The notes: a model not told the origin generated them from the letters alone. 58,831 bases of DNA, filler included, from Sphacelaria rigidula (GCA_964200075.2; 4 parts of 4 records of this genome joined end to end with filler, not necessarily neighbours in it); one strand, 5' to 3'. Counted from the first letter of the whole stretch, positions 21,031-34,324 are shown. A program made the numbers and translations.

Positions 21031-24000
21031 TCATGGATCTAAGCGATCCCTAGTGAAGGTGCCAGGGTTTCTGGTGTTGGGATTGGAGCTTTGTGTCGGT
21101 CCCGTCCGCTGGTGTCTATCAGCGGGACGTGTGTTGTCGCGAGAATTTCTATCATTCTGGCGAGGGTTTCCGTGATTGTCGTTTTGTCGGCGACCGCGAT
21201 TAGACCTTTTGTTGCCACGTTGGTTCGAATTGTTACGGTAATTTCGATTAGGTAGGCGGTAGTCGTGTATGCGTTTTTGCCATCGGCGCCACGCGGGTTC
21301 ATTGTCATGTACTTCAGGATTCATGAGATCAAAGGCATTGATGCCTGGACTGTCGCAGTCGCGCATACTGTGGCCTTGAACACTACAGTTGATGCAACTG
21401 TTGGCATGACTGCTGAAGGCCTTGCTTCTAGCGGAAGACGAAAGCCGTTGTTGAAATCAAATAAACATCATCCCAAGTTTCCTCGGAAAACAGCCAACCA
21501 TCAAAACTCGCGCTAAATGCATCTCTGGTACTCTGAACATGCATGACTGAACCAGCGACCGAGTCGGGGGTCCAAAAAGCGCGAGACGAGCTCGAATTCC
21601 TGCCGCGAGCCCCCTGGGCATGAGCGGAGGACACAACCGAAGGTTGTGAACTCCCAGACGTAAAAGGTTTGCCACGTGTGGCGGGCGTTAGATTACCCTC
21701 TTGGTGTACAAAAGCAGACCACATGGTATCAACGAAGGCGTAAGGCACCTCGTGATGCGCCAAGACACCCGGAAACAACGACGGCATCAAAGCCGGATAC
21801 TGTTGAGCAACGCTATTGCAAACGTAAGTCTGACACATTGCATCGCTCGGTCCGTTCTGGCGCCCGACACCCGTCGTACGCGAAACCAAAAGCTTAAATT
21901 CGCGGAGATAATCCGCGAAGAATATATCAAATGCAACGACAAAATAACTCAGCCTCTGGATGGCGCTGGCCTGGTCACGTTTGTCGAAATGACCAATTAA
22001 ACGCCTCTCCAAATCAGAGAGTATTACCGGGCCTGCCTTCCCCTTGGCACGGTCCGGATCCATCTCGGCGAGGAAGCCGTCGAGAATCTGCGTTAAAGAA
22101 GCAGCGAGGTCGGGAGAGCAGCGGCTGATGGATCGATGCAATGCTTTGGGCAAGGGAGTCTGCCAGCCCTCTACCCAGTCGGAATCTTCGAAAAGTTGTG
22201 TGCCAGTCGCATCCGCCAAGTGAAGGATGTTACAAACAGTACGGCGGATGGACGTGATAAGGGCAGAAGTAAAATGGCTCGAATCTTCGTTTCCCGCAGA
22301 TCCATGGTTTTAATGTGCCAGAGTTTTTTCACATCTATCTGAATATACTGTCTCTGTATTGCAGCTACTCTGGCAGACTCAGCTCTATCGGTAGCTGCTT
22401 TTTTGCTAGCTTCGGAACGTTCTTTGTCAGCCGCAGCGGTTGCTAAGGCGCGGGCTGCAGTAGAAGACAAAGGACGGTCGGGTGTGTCCGTATCGGATAA
22501 ACCTAAAATGCGGGCCGAAACATCAGGCAATTTAGGAATCACTTGCCTGGGGGTCGCCGGACCCGGGGGGGGAAGGTCTCTACCAGGCCGGTTCCAGCCA
22601 GTTGCGGAAGAACCGGAAGAGCTACCTCCAGATTCCTTGCGGGGCTGGTTGCGGGGGTTGCGAGGCGGGCGCTTCGGTCCGGAACCGCCCGAAGAAGATT
22701 CTCCACTGCCATGGCGGCGGCGTGATATTCCGCCATCGTTGTCGTCGTCATCTCGCCGGTGGTTTTTTTTCGGGCCCCGGCAATTGGTGGTTGCGGGAGT
22801 CCACCCATCTTCATCTTCGTCTCCGTCGGCGATGGTGGCGCCGGGATAAGTGTTGTAAGCGGCGCGGAGCGCCGCAAAAAGTCTGGTGACCGCGTCAACG
22901 TACGCCTGGTGTTCCTAGTGATCGCCAATGGCCATGTGGAGGACCAGTTGGCCCAAGGTGGGCACCGATACACCACCTTTGGGAAAGAAGCCGCCTTGGT
23001 CCACGTAAACGCCAACGGCGTAAAACATTTGCTGCGAAATAAGGGCCCATGTGTCGCGGGAGCAATGAAGGTGATTGCTGCAATGGAAGGGGCCGGTATG
23101 GGCGGCCACGGAACGAGAAAGCCACTCTCGTTCGTGGGGCGCCAGTTGCAAGCCTTGGGCAGGAACGGTATTCGCCACCGAGCTAGCTCCACGAGGTGGT
23201 GGTGTTGGGGCCGTTGTCGGGGCGGCAGCGGCCGCAGCATACGACGTATTGTCGGACTTACGTGGTATTAGGAAAATCGACGTGTTGGTCGGCGGCTGGC
23301 GGGGAGCGCGACCACCGGGCGTGTTGCCGATGGACGGGGGAAAGGCCGGATGGTAGGAGAGACGGGCTTCCGACGTGGCCGCGCTTTGAGCAGTTCGGCG
23401 GACATGCTCCTCGAGGTCCTTAACGCGTTGCTGGGCCGCCAACGCAGCAGTGCGGCCTTCTTGTAATGCGCTTTGGCGGCGGACTTGGATGCCTGCGCCC
23501 GGATAGCCTGGCGCTGAACGTGTAGATGCTTTGAGGCATGTTCTTTGGCTAAGACGCGTGCAGTAGCAGGGTCGGCCTCCCTCTGCTGCTCCAGGATGTC
23601 GTTAGCCAGTGCCGGAGCATGTGTGGCGTAATCCTTGATAAGCTCCGGCTGCTCCGCGCGGGGGCGGTTCCGAAAGAGCCTCAAGAGGAGGCCAGTCGGG
23701 CAGCGCTCGTCGCCGAGCGGAGGGAGATCCTCCGCGGATGGGGGCTAGCGCATGGAAGCATCCTCTACCGGGCTAGTGGTTGGACCGCTATCCGCGTCGG
23801 TGTCGACTGCGGACGGGGCGGCCACGGGTGTTGGGGCCGTGAGTGTAGTCTGCGTGGCAGAAGGCCCAGCGGCCAAGGTAGTGGCGGCGGCGGTGGCAGA
23901 TGTTACGGCAGTAGTTGCTGCAGGAACGCCAGAGGGCTCCGTGGTCCTCTTGGCGACAGCGGCAGCGGATCTTGTGGTGTCCATTGTTGAGAGTTGGCGC

Positions 24001-25556
24001 TCAAGTGCTGTCAATCGTTGTTGAAGAGAGCAGATAGTCGCAGCATCGGAGCGGGACAGTGCTTCGCGGTCAGTGCGGGGCCGTTGGTTTTGCGATGAGG
24101 TGCGGCCGGACCCTTCAACTCAGGATTCCAGAGCCGGTGACATGTCCGAAAATATGTTTTGGATATCATCAGCATGTACAGTGTTATCATTGCGTACATG
24201 ACGGCGGCGTGACAGATGCGGAGCAGGAGAGGTGCGCGCGGGTGGATAATAGGGGTTTTCGAGCGCGTGTGGACGCGCGAAGAACTTGATATGTCGCACA
24301 AATCATCCTCGTGAGTACGTTCACGGTTGGCATTCACCGGACGCTTTGGAGCGCGCGATGAATTGGAACTGTGACGTGAACTACCGTCATATTTGCGACC
24401 ATGAGCGACGTTTTTCGGGCGTGTCGAAACGCGCGATGAATTCAAGCTTTGCTGGGAGTTGCCCTTAGAACTGTCAGAACGGGAGACGTGGTCGTGACGA
24501 ACTGTCGGTGTGCGGCGCCGGTCAGAAGCGCGAGTAAGACTCTGGTTTGACGTTGAGGAGGGGTAGGACTCATGTTCGTTGAATTGTCATGAGTGACAAA
24601 CGGAGGACGCGATGTCTCCGATCGGGGTGCCAAACGTACGGGCTTGGGCGTGGCAGGTGCAGAAACATCATTGAATTGCACGTGAGCAGACGCCGATTGA
24701 CCTTCGAGCGTGGCCTGGCAGAAAGCCGTGAATGCCTCGATGAGAGCTGAAGTTGGCGAGTGCGGTGACGCCGATGAAGTGCGATGCAGAGTTTGCATGG
24801 CAGCATGCATGGCCGCAAATGCGAGCCCGACATTGGACTGCGCAGTAGGGCGCACGGGACTACCGAGAGTCGTGCGATGGGAGTCCGTAACGAAAGCAGC
24901 CCGCGTGACAAATTATCTTGCTCCAGAAGCGATGCGCTTCGTCGGGACAGAATCGTCTCGAGAGTTGTCAGCCGTCATGCGACGGGGTACGGAAACATTC
25001 CGCGTGGCAGAGTCTCTTGCTCCAGAAGCGATACGCTTCGTCGGGACAGAATCGTCTCGAAAGTTGTCACCCGTCATGCGACGGGTTGCCACGGTTGAAG
25101 CAACCGTTACAGGGCCAAGCTGGATACGTGTGTCCAGGGGCAACGACTCAGCTGGGGGCACAATCCTGACTGCGGATTCCACATTGGGATTCGGAAGAAC
25201 AGGGCGCAGCGAGGGGGGCGCTACGGAATCCACGGTTATGGGTTCACTGACATGCCGTCAGGAACCAATGACTCAGGCGGTAGCACAAGCCTGTTCTCTG
25301 AGTCCGAGTCGGAACGTGAGAGAACAGGTCGTGGCGTCATAGTCTTGTCTTCAAGCCTCGAAGAACGAGCATCGCTCGAATGTTGGTCTTCAGATCCAGA
25401 AGATCGAACAGCGCTCGCATACGTGCGGCGATGAGTTGAACGTGAAGTGACACTCATATTGAAAGATTTCGAACCGCCAATGGTTTGACTCCGTGTCCGA
25501 CGAAGCGATTGGTTTCCCAATTGAGGGGAAGAGCCAGCGTTATTTCTGTGCGACAT
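21031..25556 (-). pseudogene. gag: Gypsy gag, disrupted, with a long low-complexity N-terminal region
   Basis: Core fragment 21428-22219 followed by the CCHC knuckle and an N/R-rich tail (21031-21366). The upstream S/T/A/P-rich ORF fragments are on the same strand up to the PBS. Confidence 0.7.
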
Positions 25557-25619
25557 GATGATCGTACGCAGCTTGTGTGCTTCAAAAGGCAGGGGCAGTA
25601 TGTCTGGTCTGCGGGCTCT

Positions 25620-25640
25620 AATCAAAGGAGCGTGTCACCA
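25620..25640 (-). promoter_or_regulatory. Putative primer-binding site (TGGTGACACGCTCC...)
   Basis: TGG-starting motif (complement of a ...GTCACCA tRNA 3' end) directly upstream of the gag region; the cognate tRNA was not identified. Confidence 0.55.
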
Positions 25641-26304
25641 AGATATACTACGTGCAACGGCCGAAGCTTGTATCCGGATATACGGGATACTGAAGCCTAA
25701 TAGCGCCTGGGGGGACCTTGGGACCTGATTTATTTGAGTACTTTTATTCAAGCGAATTGCTGTATGTAACAACTATGTCCGGGGTCTGCTTAAGACAACT
25801 TATTTAAGTTGTGGCGGTAATAGCTATCAACGGAGCTCGGGATTGCGCGCAGAACAGACGTATGGCGTCGAAGAAAAGCGAGATCCAACTGTCTGTAGTA
25901 GCGTTGGTACGTGAAAGTCGTACAACTCACACGTGTTCCGGGTGTAGCGTCACGGGCAGACTATAGGTGTATTGTCCCGGCATAAGCTGAGAAACGACTG
26001 GTGGTGTTCAATGAAAAATATGTTTTTTTGATGAGCACCAAAATCGTGCAGCGTGGGGCATTACAGAGCTTGGGATGTAGACCGCGAGATCGGACTGCGT
26101 AGTGAAGGACGAAAGCTTGTTACACAACGGAGTTGAGGCAACGTACGTATGTGAAACAAAGGTGAAGTTGTGCACAGCAGGGGCAACGCTGAGGGCGGTG
26201 CCGAAAACAAAGAAGTGCACAGGTAAGGGGCACTGGTTTCGAGTGCTGTCTGCTCCAAGTGAGTACGTAACGTAGGTTTGGAATGTGTCAAACGAGTATT
26301 ATCA
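25641..26304 (-). repeat. Putative 5' LTR (~660 bp)
   Basis: Starts TGATAATACTC and ends GTAGTATATCT (imperfect inverted ends) next to the PBS. There is no second LTR in the window to confirm it. Confidence 0.4.
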
Positions 26305-28199
26305 CGACGAAACCGTCCCGGAACAGTTGATTATTATTTGTTCGAAAGGGGGTCGATGAGAAAAACTTGCAGTTCGTTGTGAGGTGTATTGTTACTCACC
26401 ACGGTGATGTACAGCGCTGCTCTATAGCTGTGCGAAGTACACCAGAAGAGAACAACAACAAAGTAGCTACAAGCAACGAAGCTAAAGTGCCGGAACGGGT
26501 ACAAATCTCGTGTCCAGATGTCCGTGGTCACTCTCTGGGAGCACGGGTTGTACTGTTCAGTGTTTTCGTGAAGAAAAGATACAACAGTCGCGTACAACCG
26601 ATACTAAAAATATGAGAGCAGCAGATTGCTGACTTGGCAAGGAGCTCCGGTCAGGGACAGCGGCTGACTATGAGCAACAGTCCCGTTCTGTAACAAACCT
26701 GTAGTAGAAGACTTCTCCTGGTAGAAGGAAGGGCAATGAAACCAAATACGCGAGCCAAGGATGGCTGGGCGCGTGGTCGTGCTGTACTAGATCACCAAGG
26801 GATGTTACGTTGTGCGGTCCGAACGTACCACCGTGCAACGTGCAGGTGTATCTATCACAAAAAGACAAAACAAAAACACAGCAGGACGAGACTGGCGTGC
26901 GGTGCGCGTTGACCCAACGTAGCACAAGATGTGCGGTCAAGCGTTGCAGCAAGCGGCGAGCAGCAAGGCACGAATACTATGTACGATGTAGCGTACAGGT
27001 GGGAAGCTTTGCAGGAGCTAACGACTGACTATCTAGCAAACGGCTAGGTAGATTTGACTACGAAAATCCCAAAAGCCGCAACGTGAAATAATTCGACAAA
27101 ACCTACGGTACGCAGCTCAACAAGCGGGGTTTCAATCGATGCTAAATAGGAAACGCAATTGCAACACAAAAGGAGCTCCTTCGTCAAACGCCAAATGCAA
27201 TAAGGCTGTTGTGCTGTTATAGCAAGGACACAGCCTGCAGTCCAGGGTACAGGCTCACAAGGCAAGTGGACAACAGTCAGGCTGTCACAGCTCTGCACAG
27301 TGCTGAACACAGGCTCAGCACAATATGTCAGACGAGTTCTCACGCGATGGTTCTTCACTTCTTATTGGTTGTCTTGTCTCGAACTTACAGTATCTAATCG
27401 ATCAATCCAACCCAAACTAGTCAATAGGTCTCACCGATGCTTAGACTTCTTTTGCTGGAAAGCAGTAGGGGAGCGGTAGGTAGTGAGACGGTAGGGGAGC
27501 CAGATCTGCAGAATAGCAGATCTGGCTGTCCCCATCTCTACCATATACAAGCTCATATTCGTCCCCGACCAAATCTGAACAGACCTGCAGTCTTGAATAC
27601 TGGAATACCCGAAATACCGAAAGCCAGACTCGACAACGGGTCTGAAGCGGCATGACAGAAGGCTAATATGCATCTTCATGACAATCGCGAAAATCGGTAC
27701 ATGTTGCTATGCCGGGCGACCTCTATGCAGACGTCAGCCAGTCCAGTAAAGCGACGAAAGCTAACTATGGTCGGGTTTGCCTGCCGTACTGCCGCCAGCG
27801 TTGCTTGAAAGCCACAAGACCTTTGAGGTTGGCGGTTGATGGCGTGGGTGTCAAATGCAACGACAAGTGGTTGATCATAGAGCACCCTTGTTCTTCGTGG
27901 GTTCATATCTCGCCCCAGGTGGTGATGCGTGACCTCGTCACATCGGAATTATTTCTTGAAAGCTACTGTACCCAGGTGTTCACGCAGCCAGCGCGCGTGC
28001 TTCAGATTGCAGCATGGACGCACCCCTCTGCACCACGCTCGCAACGGATTGATCACTACGACAGGAATATTTTTTCACTTCGCATGCCAAGAAGGTCTCC
28101 ACAAATGTTTGATGTCTCAAACACCCCCCTCAAACTGGCGTCTCGCACGCTGTTGTCGTTGGGCACCCAGAGGATCGCTCACATACATGTCGGGTAAAA

Positions 28200-31100
28200 T
28201 CAACGATGAATAACACCCCCCAAGTTCAAATTGGATATACCTGTTGTTTTCGCCGCAGCACCGTCCTTGCTGGCATGTGTGTGACAGAGAACAGTAGTAG
28301 CGGTGACGGGAACATTGTCCTATTTTTCAACGACATGTGTTCAGGGCACAGAGGGGCGTCCTGTCCAAAAAGAGAGGCGGAGAGAAATCCATCTTCGCAT
28401 CAGCCACAGGCAAGAAGAGACGGAATCTCTCCGCACCTCGATGTTCTGGCACATGGAACATTGGGTACATGCTGGTAACATCGATGACGCCAGTCTCTCG
28501 AGCGATTGGTAATCGCCGAGCGAGGACACACAGAGGACACGGGCGAGGAGCTTCCTCTCTGGCGTTGCTTCTCTCTCTGGTGATATCGTCATCGATAAGC
28601 GTGTACACCGCACTCGTTAGGTGCACCTAGCTACAGCTGCTTGACTGCTGCGGACATATGAGGGGGAAGATGGCTTCGCTCGGTCGTAAGTGTTTCGCGT
28701 CATCCCTGCAAAAAAGAAATGCCACTTCAACCTCATTTTTTATATGGACCCCATTTTTAAGGATCCTCTGTTTACAGTAGTAATGGGCGGTCTAACTATT
28801 CATTTTTTGGCATTTTGTTTATTTTTCGTAACTAACGATTTATTTGGGCTCTTTTCGCTTGCCATCGCTTATCACATTGGGTATCTGAAAATATTTTTAT
28901 CCGCTCCACATTCCAAGAAAAAAATATATATATGCATTCGATATTGAGTGACTTACGGGCTGACCGGTCATCGGAGATCCTGCCACGTCTCAGCCCAGAT
29001 TCTTACTCTTTTGTATTTTGGGTCGATCGGGCCTGTCCTAATCATGTTTGTAAAGAAAGGTACATTTTCATTTTTTCGAAATTCCACCTACTTATTGCAC
29101 CAGAGCCGAAAAAGTGTGTTTCACTGTCGATAACACCCTCCTGATAAATGGGGTATTTACTCGTATCGACTGATAACACTAACTAACACTGACTTGGGCA
29201 CTGTGTTCCGAGGATGATCTGTTTAGTGTACCAAAATCTGCCGATGCTAGCAATTTCGAGTTATATCAAAGAGTACGAGGAAACCCCCAAAACACCCCTA
29301 AAGAACAAATTGTGCGAATTGAGGTTTAACTTCGAGATGAGGTTCAAGCCTAAAACAGTGCTTTCCCCACACNNNNNNNNNNNNNNNNNNNNNNNNNNNN
29401 NNNNNNNNNNNNNNNNTTAATTAATTAANNNNNNNNNNNNNNNNNNNNNNNNNNNNNNNNNNNNNNNNNNNNTACCCTATCCGCGCTCGTGTGGCGGATA
29501 CCGACTCAGATGTGTCTACCCTGTTTTCAGCAACATCGATGCCGCGGTTGCACCTGTCGCGAACCGTGCAGACCGTGATACCTTGGATACGATGTCCGTG
29601 TCGATTCCAGGGCCGCGGGACTGCAACGGCGATGGTGCCCATCGGATGCAAGACTTCCAGTACCTTTTCAACGAACCGCCTGAAGTATCCCTTGTTGTCA
29701 TCATTTGTCGTGCTCAGCATTGTTTTTTCGACATCGATAGAGACTATGATAAGCTTCGGCGGTCTCTTCACAGGGAGTGGCTCTTGTTGGTCAATTAGAG
29801 CGCAGTGGCGGCGGAGTAGATTATCCTCGTGTATGCTCGTGTGATGAGCCCTGTACAATATCACGTCGCAAGCACGCAATAGCACCGTCAGTTTTCCTTC
29901 GTTGCGCACTGGTCGTCCGCACGTCGCGGGGTGTAGCGTGTGTTCTCTGATATAGCTTCTCCCGAGAAAGTGGTTGGGTCGGGGGGGGCAACAACCAACA
30001 CGTAAGATCGATATGACAAAATATCCTCCTATTGTGCAGATTGGAATATTCATGCTTCTGTTTGTTTTCGTCCATGTCGAGTAAACAAGGCCCTCCATGC
30101 ACCGTGGAATCGAACATCATGTGGTGGATAGCCATTCATTGTTTGGCTGGCAGTTTTGGGCTGGTGTTGGGGTGGGGGCCAATCCGGCGTAATTCTTCGG
30201 CGTGCGTCCCACTACGGTGGCTAAGCTGGCGGCTGCACCGTCAGGTTTTCATAGTCGAGCAGTGCGCGAGGTTGGACGAAAGACAGGAGAAGATACAAAC
30301 AGCTGCGCTTGACAGTCCCAGTATCGCATGTCGACTGACTTATGCATGCTGTCACAACCGTCGTCCAAGGGAGCAATCTAAAGGTAAGCTTCAGTCGACG
30401 ACACAGTCTCCACAACGGCAACACATCCTCGCACCTTCTGCTTTTCACGGTGGGACCGGCAGGGGGGAGCATTTGCCCTGCCTGTGACGATTTCTTCCCC
30501 TTCCTTTTAGGATTCCCTCCGCCTCCGACCCCGTCAGTTCTGTCCCCTTTCCTCTTCTGGCGCCCCGGCTCGTCCTCGCAGACAAGGCAGAGACGTCGCT
30601 TCGTCTCGGCAAGAGATGCATTCTCGGATACGGGTACAAGCAGCTCACAGAAGGTCTGGTGCTTCATCCCGCAGTGTACGCAATGGTGTCTGCCATTGCG
30701 AAGACGGCATGAAAGTGTCGAGCGGTTGGCGGTCTTCCAGGTAGGGTGATTGTTGTTTCAATCATTACACGTGGCGATCTTAGAACGGTAGCATTGTACT
30801 TCAGGAGGTCAACTGGTGTGCTCGGCACCGTAGAAACGGCTTGCGTGTTGATTCATGCTATCCCTTCTCACCTGACGTCTGATGATGGGTCGCACGAGGG
30901 ACATAATTCGTCTTTGCGGCTGCCCTCAGCCGGTCGTTGATAATCGCTATCATCCTCCTCCGATTCACCAGCATCCTTGTCGTCGCCTTCCTCGTCGCCC
31001 GCGTTCGCCAACTTCAAGCGAGCGATGGTGTTGTTGGCGTCTCACCTCTTCCTCCAGCTATCGTTGTACCGCCTCAGGGTCCCTCTTTGTGCTTTCTGCG

Positions 31101-31200
31101 AAGACGGGCCGTGGTTGAAAATGTAGGTGAACCACCTCGTGGAAATGTTTCACTTATCTCCTCATCACGTGGGTGTACCATCCTTGTTGTGCCCATGACT
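28200..31200 (-). pseudogene. Decayed spliced gene encoding a PHD-type zinc-finger protein (exons ~31200-30872, 30689-30435, 29850-29664, 28626-28437, 28240-28200)
   Basis: Four consecutive GT-AG introns with matching phases (2,2,0,1). The spliced peptide reads ...GDEEGDDKDAGESEEDDSDY...CPSCDPSSDVR|HHCVHCGMKHQTFC-x20-CLVC...KRKGKK...R|AHHTSIHE...FVEK|VHLTSAVY...CPLC...HR|GISNLNLGGVIHR*. This is C4-H-C3-like spacing with the His position shifted or mutated. The first exon has in-frame TGA codons. Confidence 0.68.
29373..29472. other. Assembly gap: 100-nt N spacer with TTAATTAATTAA linker
   Basis: Artificial spacer. Confidence 0.98.
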
Positions 31201-31329
31201 GGCATGCGCCAATTTCGCGCGTCGCAAGTCCGTTCTGCGCGATTTGGATTTATTTATCACAGCAGCATGTCCGATCCACCTTACGTTTGTATCGTCTCGG
31301 CGACCTATCGCCCGAATTACTCAGTATCC

Positions 31330-34324
31330 TGCCCGGAATATGCTGCGTTTTGGTGCAAACATCCTGTATGAAGTGTGACAAATGTCCCGATGTGTTTTCT
31401 CACGACCGTATTGCTGCAAAGACGGTATTCGGAGAGTTGTCTCTTCCGAGACCGCAGGAGGTGTCAAGGCATATATCGAGTTACTTATCGCCCTTCTAGG
31501 GTTTCTGTCTTGAGCCGGGACGCCATAACAAGTACGTGAGTAACTGATTCCTTGAAGATCCATTCATGTTGCTTCAGTGGTGCATATGACTTCTGCTTGT
31601 CGTTGTTGGCGATCACCACGTCTGGCAGGGGATACGCGGAGCGCCAAAAAGCTAGGGCAGTACTTGTGGAAGGGCAGTTCGTGGAATTCTTCCTGTCTCC
31701 CCTCACAATCGGAGGAGGTCAGTCCCTGCTCTCCCACACGATGTGCACGCACTCATGGCATTCGTGAGCCAGACGCTGCCCGCGATGACTTGCGCACCGC
31801 GGGGGACTCAAGACACTCGGCTATCTTGCTTTCTTATCCGAGCGATCTTCTCGGGAGACCTTTTCGTATCCCGACCGAGAGTAAGAGATGAGTTGTTACG
31901 GCATTCCTCGTGGCCAACAACCCCCGAGAATACTGACATTCGCGCCCTGACGCCGTCGTTGCTCGCCGCTGTGCAGGGAGCAATCTTATTTGCACTTCAA
32001 TCCACCTCGCGCTTACCCGATTATTCGACTTGCACGGCACCGGCGACACATCAACTTACATCGATGAGCTGTATCTGCAACTCGACAACTGTGTTGGAGA
32101 AAAGAAGAACCATATCGTGCTGGGATACGTCGGATGTCTTGTGGCCCGTGGGACAATCGGCCGCGTGGAGATCAATTTCATGATGGTAGGACATACCCAC
32201 ATTATGATAGACAAGGTCTTTTCGAGGTGCGTCTGGATTATCCTTGCAGACAACAGTGACGTGTGGAAGGAATCATCTTGCTTTGTGTCACGGGAAAAAA
32301 TGGCCGTTCCTTATACGAACCGTAGTGAATCCAACCAAGACCTTGATTTTATCCAGTACACGAACCGACCCACCCATCACAAGACACGGTGATGGTTACA
32401 TCATCTACCCGCGACCCCGCTGTTTCTCCCCGTGACCACGTCAAACTAGATTGTAATTTATCCGCGAATACGACGGGGGGCAAGGAGACACCATCCCCAC
32501 CGCACTGAAAGGGATGAAGGAAATCGTTCGCCTTCTACAGTGATACTGCAGGCGTGAAACCGCACCCATCACTCAATACTCCCGCCATATTTTAGACTTT
32601 TGTTTTCGTTCATGTTTTGGTATTTTTTTCAGACGAGATATCTCACTGAACGAGTACCTCTGCTGTTGTTGACACGGGTCGCACAGGTAATGCTTTGCCT
32701 CCACAGACGCGGTGGGCAAACCTCTAAGAGCAGATGAAATATCGCCCCCGGCAGCGATATTCCACGCCGACACGGTGTCCAGATATATATGCGATTTCGA
32801 CGCGCCGTAGGTGGACTGGACGTGAATCCACGATGATCCACAGCACACGTACTTACGCTCCAAAATTCCATAAAGGTCAAACAAACCGGCCTGATTTCGT
32901 ACTGGCATATTCAGGGATATGTTTTATGCGTACAGCGAGGTGGCGATGAGAAAACATTTAGATGTATATAGCAAGAACCGACGACAAAATGATTGGAATG
33001 TTTTACCGGGATTTCCATTCACTGCAAGGGAGTTTGCCTGTTCACCAGAAAGCAGTAGGCGGAAGCGTTTCGCAAGGCATACAAGGCACTGGAGGTGTTC
33101 ACCACCACTCTTCGCTTCCTCGGCAACTTTAAAGGAGCTGTCGGTGGAGGTGGTCGTGTGCTGCCCATTCGTGGCGTGACTCAGCCCCGTTCATTCGAAA
33201 TCCGCCCAGCGAGGACGGAGCAGGTGACCGTCGGTATGAAGAAGCATATGCAAGCTACAGTCTTCACGGGAAAGACGGCCGCCGGGATCTACGAGGGAGC
33301 CCCTCACCCGCTCTTCCGCATGGGTGTTCCAGATCTGGAGTGCGCACCTGCATTCGACCTGAAGGAGGTGGATGCCGCACAGCGAGATAACATACTGGCT
33401 CGCTACAACGCCGTCCACAGTCGGCTAGCTGCCCCCTACCCCCTCGGTGCGTTGCACCTCCAAGCACCCCAAGTGGTGACACTGTATCCTGATCGCTGTG
33501 TACTCTATTTATTTTGTTTTCGCTGCGGACAGCGGGTCCAAGTTTCTCACCCTTATTTCTCATATCATTTTCCCCACCGCAGAAGCGCATCCGAGCCATG
33601 AATACCTCGGATGCACTGCCTCCACCCTCCCGTGCGACGCGCAGATTTCGACAAATAGCAGGCCGTCAAGGACGACATGGCGACGTCCCACCGACTTCTG
33701 GTCGCGAAAGGCTCAGTACCGTGGAACCTTCCGTGTCATTGGTTCAAGCGTAATGGCATGCAGTCATCTGGAGGGTCACGGGAAGAGAGAGCGGGGGCAG
33801 ACGGGGATGTTGATGTAGTCGAGGGGTCTGTGGGGGGGCGTAAGCCGCCTGTCGGTGAGGATCCGGGAAAAGGTGGTGTCGATAACTTAGTGCTAGGTAG
33901 CGGGGGCGACGGAGATGGCCATTCAGCAGGGTATGTTCCCTCGTTCGACAAGGTACATTTTGTTTTTTTTCTCGGTGACAAAGCTCCGTTTTTGGTGGGT
34001 AGGGTTACGGACAAGCGCGAGGGGACCGATTGCGAAGCAGAAGTTCAGACGCGCTGGTGGTCGCCGGCCACCTCCGCCATTCGAAACAACGCTTCTGCCT
34101 ACAACATCGGCGAATACCGCAAAGGAAAAATCGCAGCAGATTACAAGACAGTGGGAAACAGTGAAGGGTGTACAATGGGCAGTAAGAGCAAGAGACGAAA
34201 GTTAGTGCCGGACGTAAAGTGGATGCAAGCAGAGCTGGTTGTCGCTTCGTGCGAGAAGCCAAACGTTGGTGACAGGATTCCCCAGCCAGTATTGGATACA
34301 ATGGAGAAGAAGGCCAGGGGTTGA
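31330..34324 (+). mobile_element. Decayed intron-containing DDE transposase of the Sola1/DUF7869-like type
   Basis: Diagnostic block ELYLQLDNCVGEKKNHIVLGYVGCLVARG...EINFMMVGHTHIMIDKVFSR (32060-32227, followed by a gt donor). Upstream: CMKCDKC (31365) and GAYDFCL...AVLVEG...IGGGQSLL (31578-31740). Downstream: IRGVTQPRSFEI (33170) and PFLVGRV...VQTRWWSP (33985-34065). Stops and frameshifts present; TIRs not found. Confidence 0.75.

Larger units (their letters stand above)
14737..26304 (-). mobile_element. Degenerate Ty3/Gypsy LTR retrotransposon (putative 5' LTR, PBS, long gag, PR-RT-RH-IN, chromo-like tail); 3' end runs into the assembly gap
   Basis: Gag knuckle CINCSVQGHSMRDC (CX2CX4HX4C, ~21397-21355); protease LLDSGS (~19760); RT FSTFDLASGYFQ, MPQG, HVDD (YxDD decayed), FLGH; RNase H LHTDAS/ELE/YTDH/NADLLSR; integrase H..HLG...C..C, DYFGPLP, TDRFSR, YHPNGNGGTER, WTGPF. 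Many stops and frameshifts. Confidence 0.96.
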
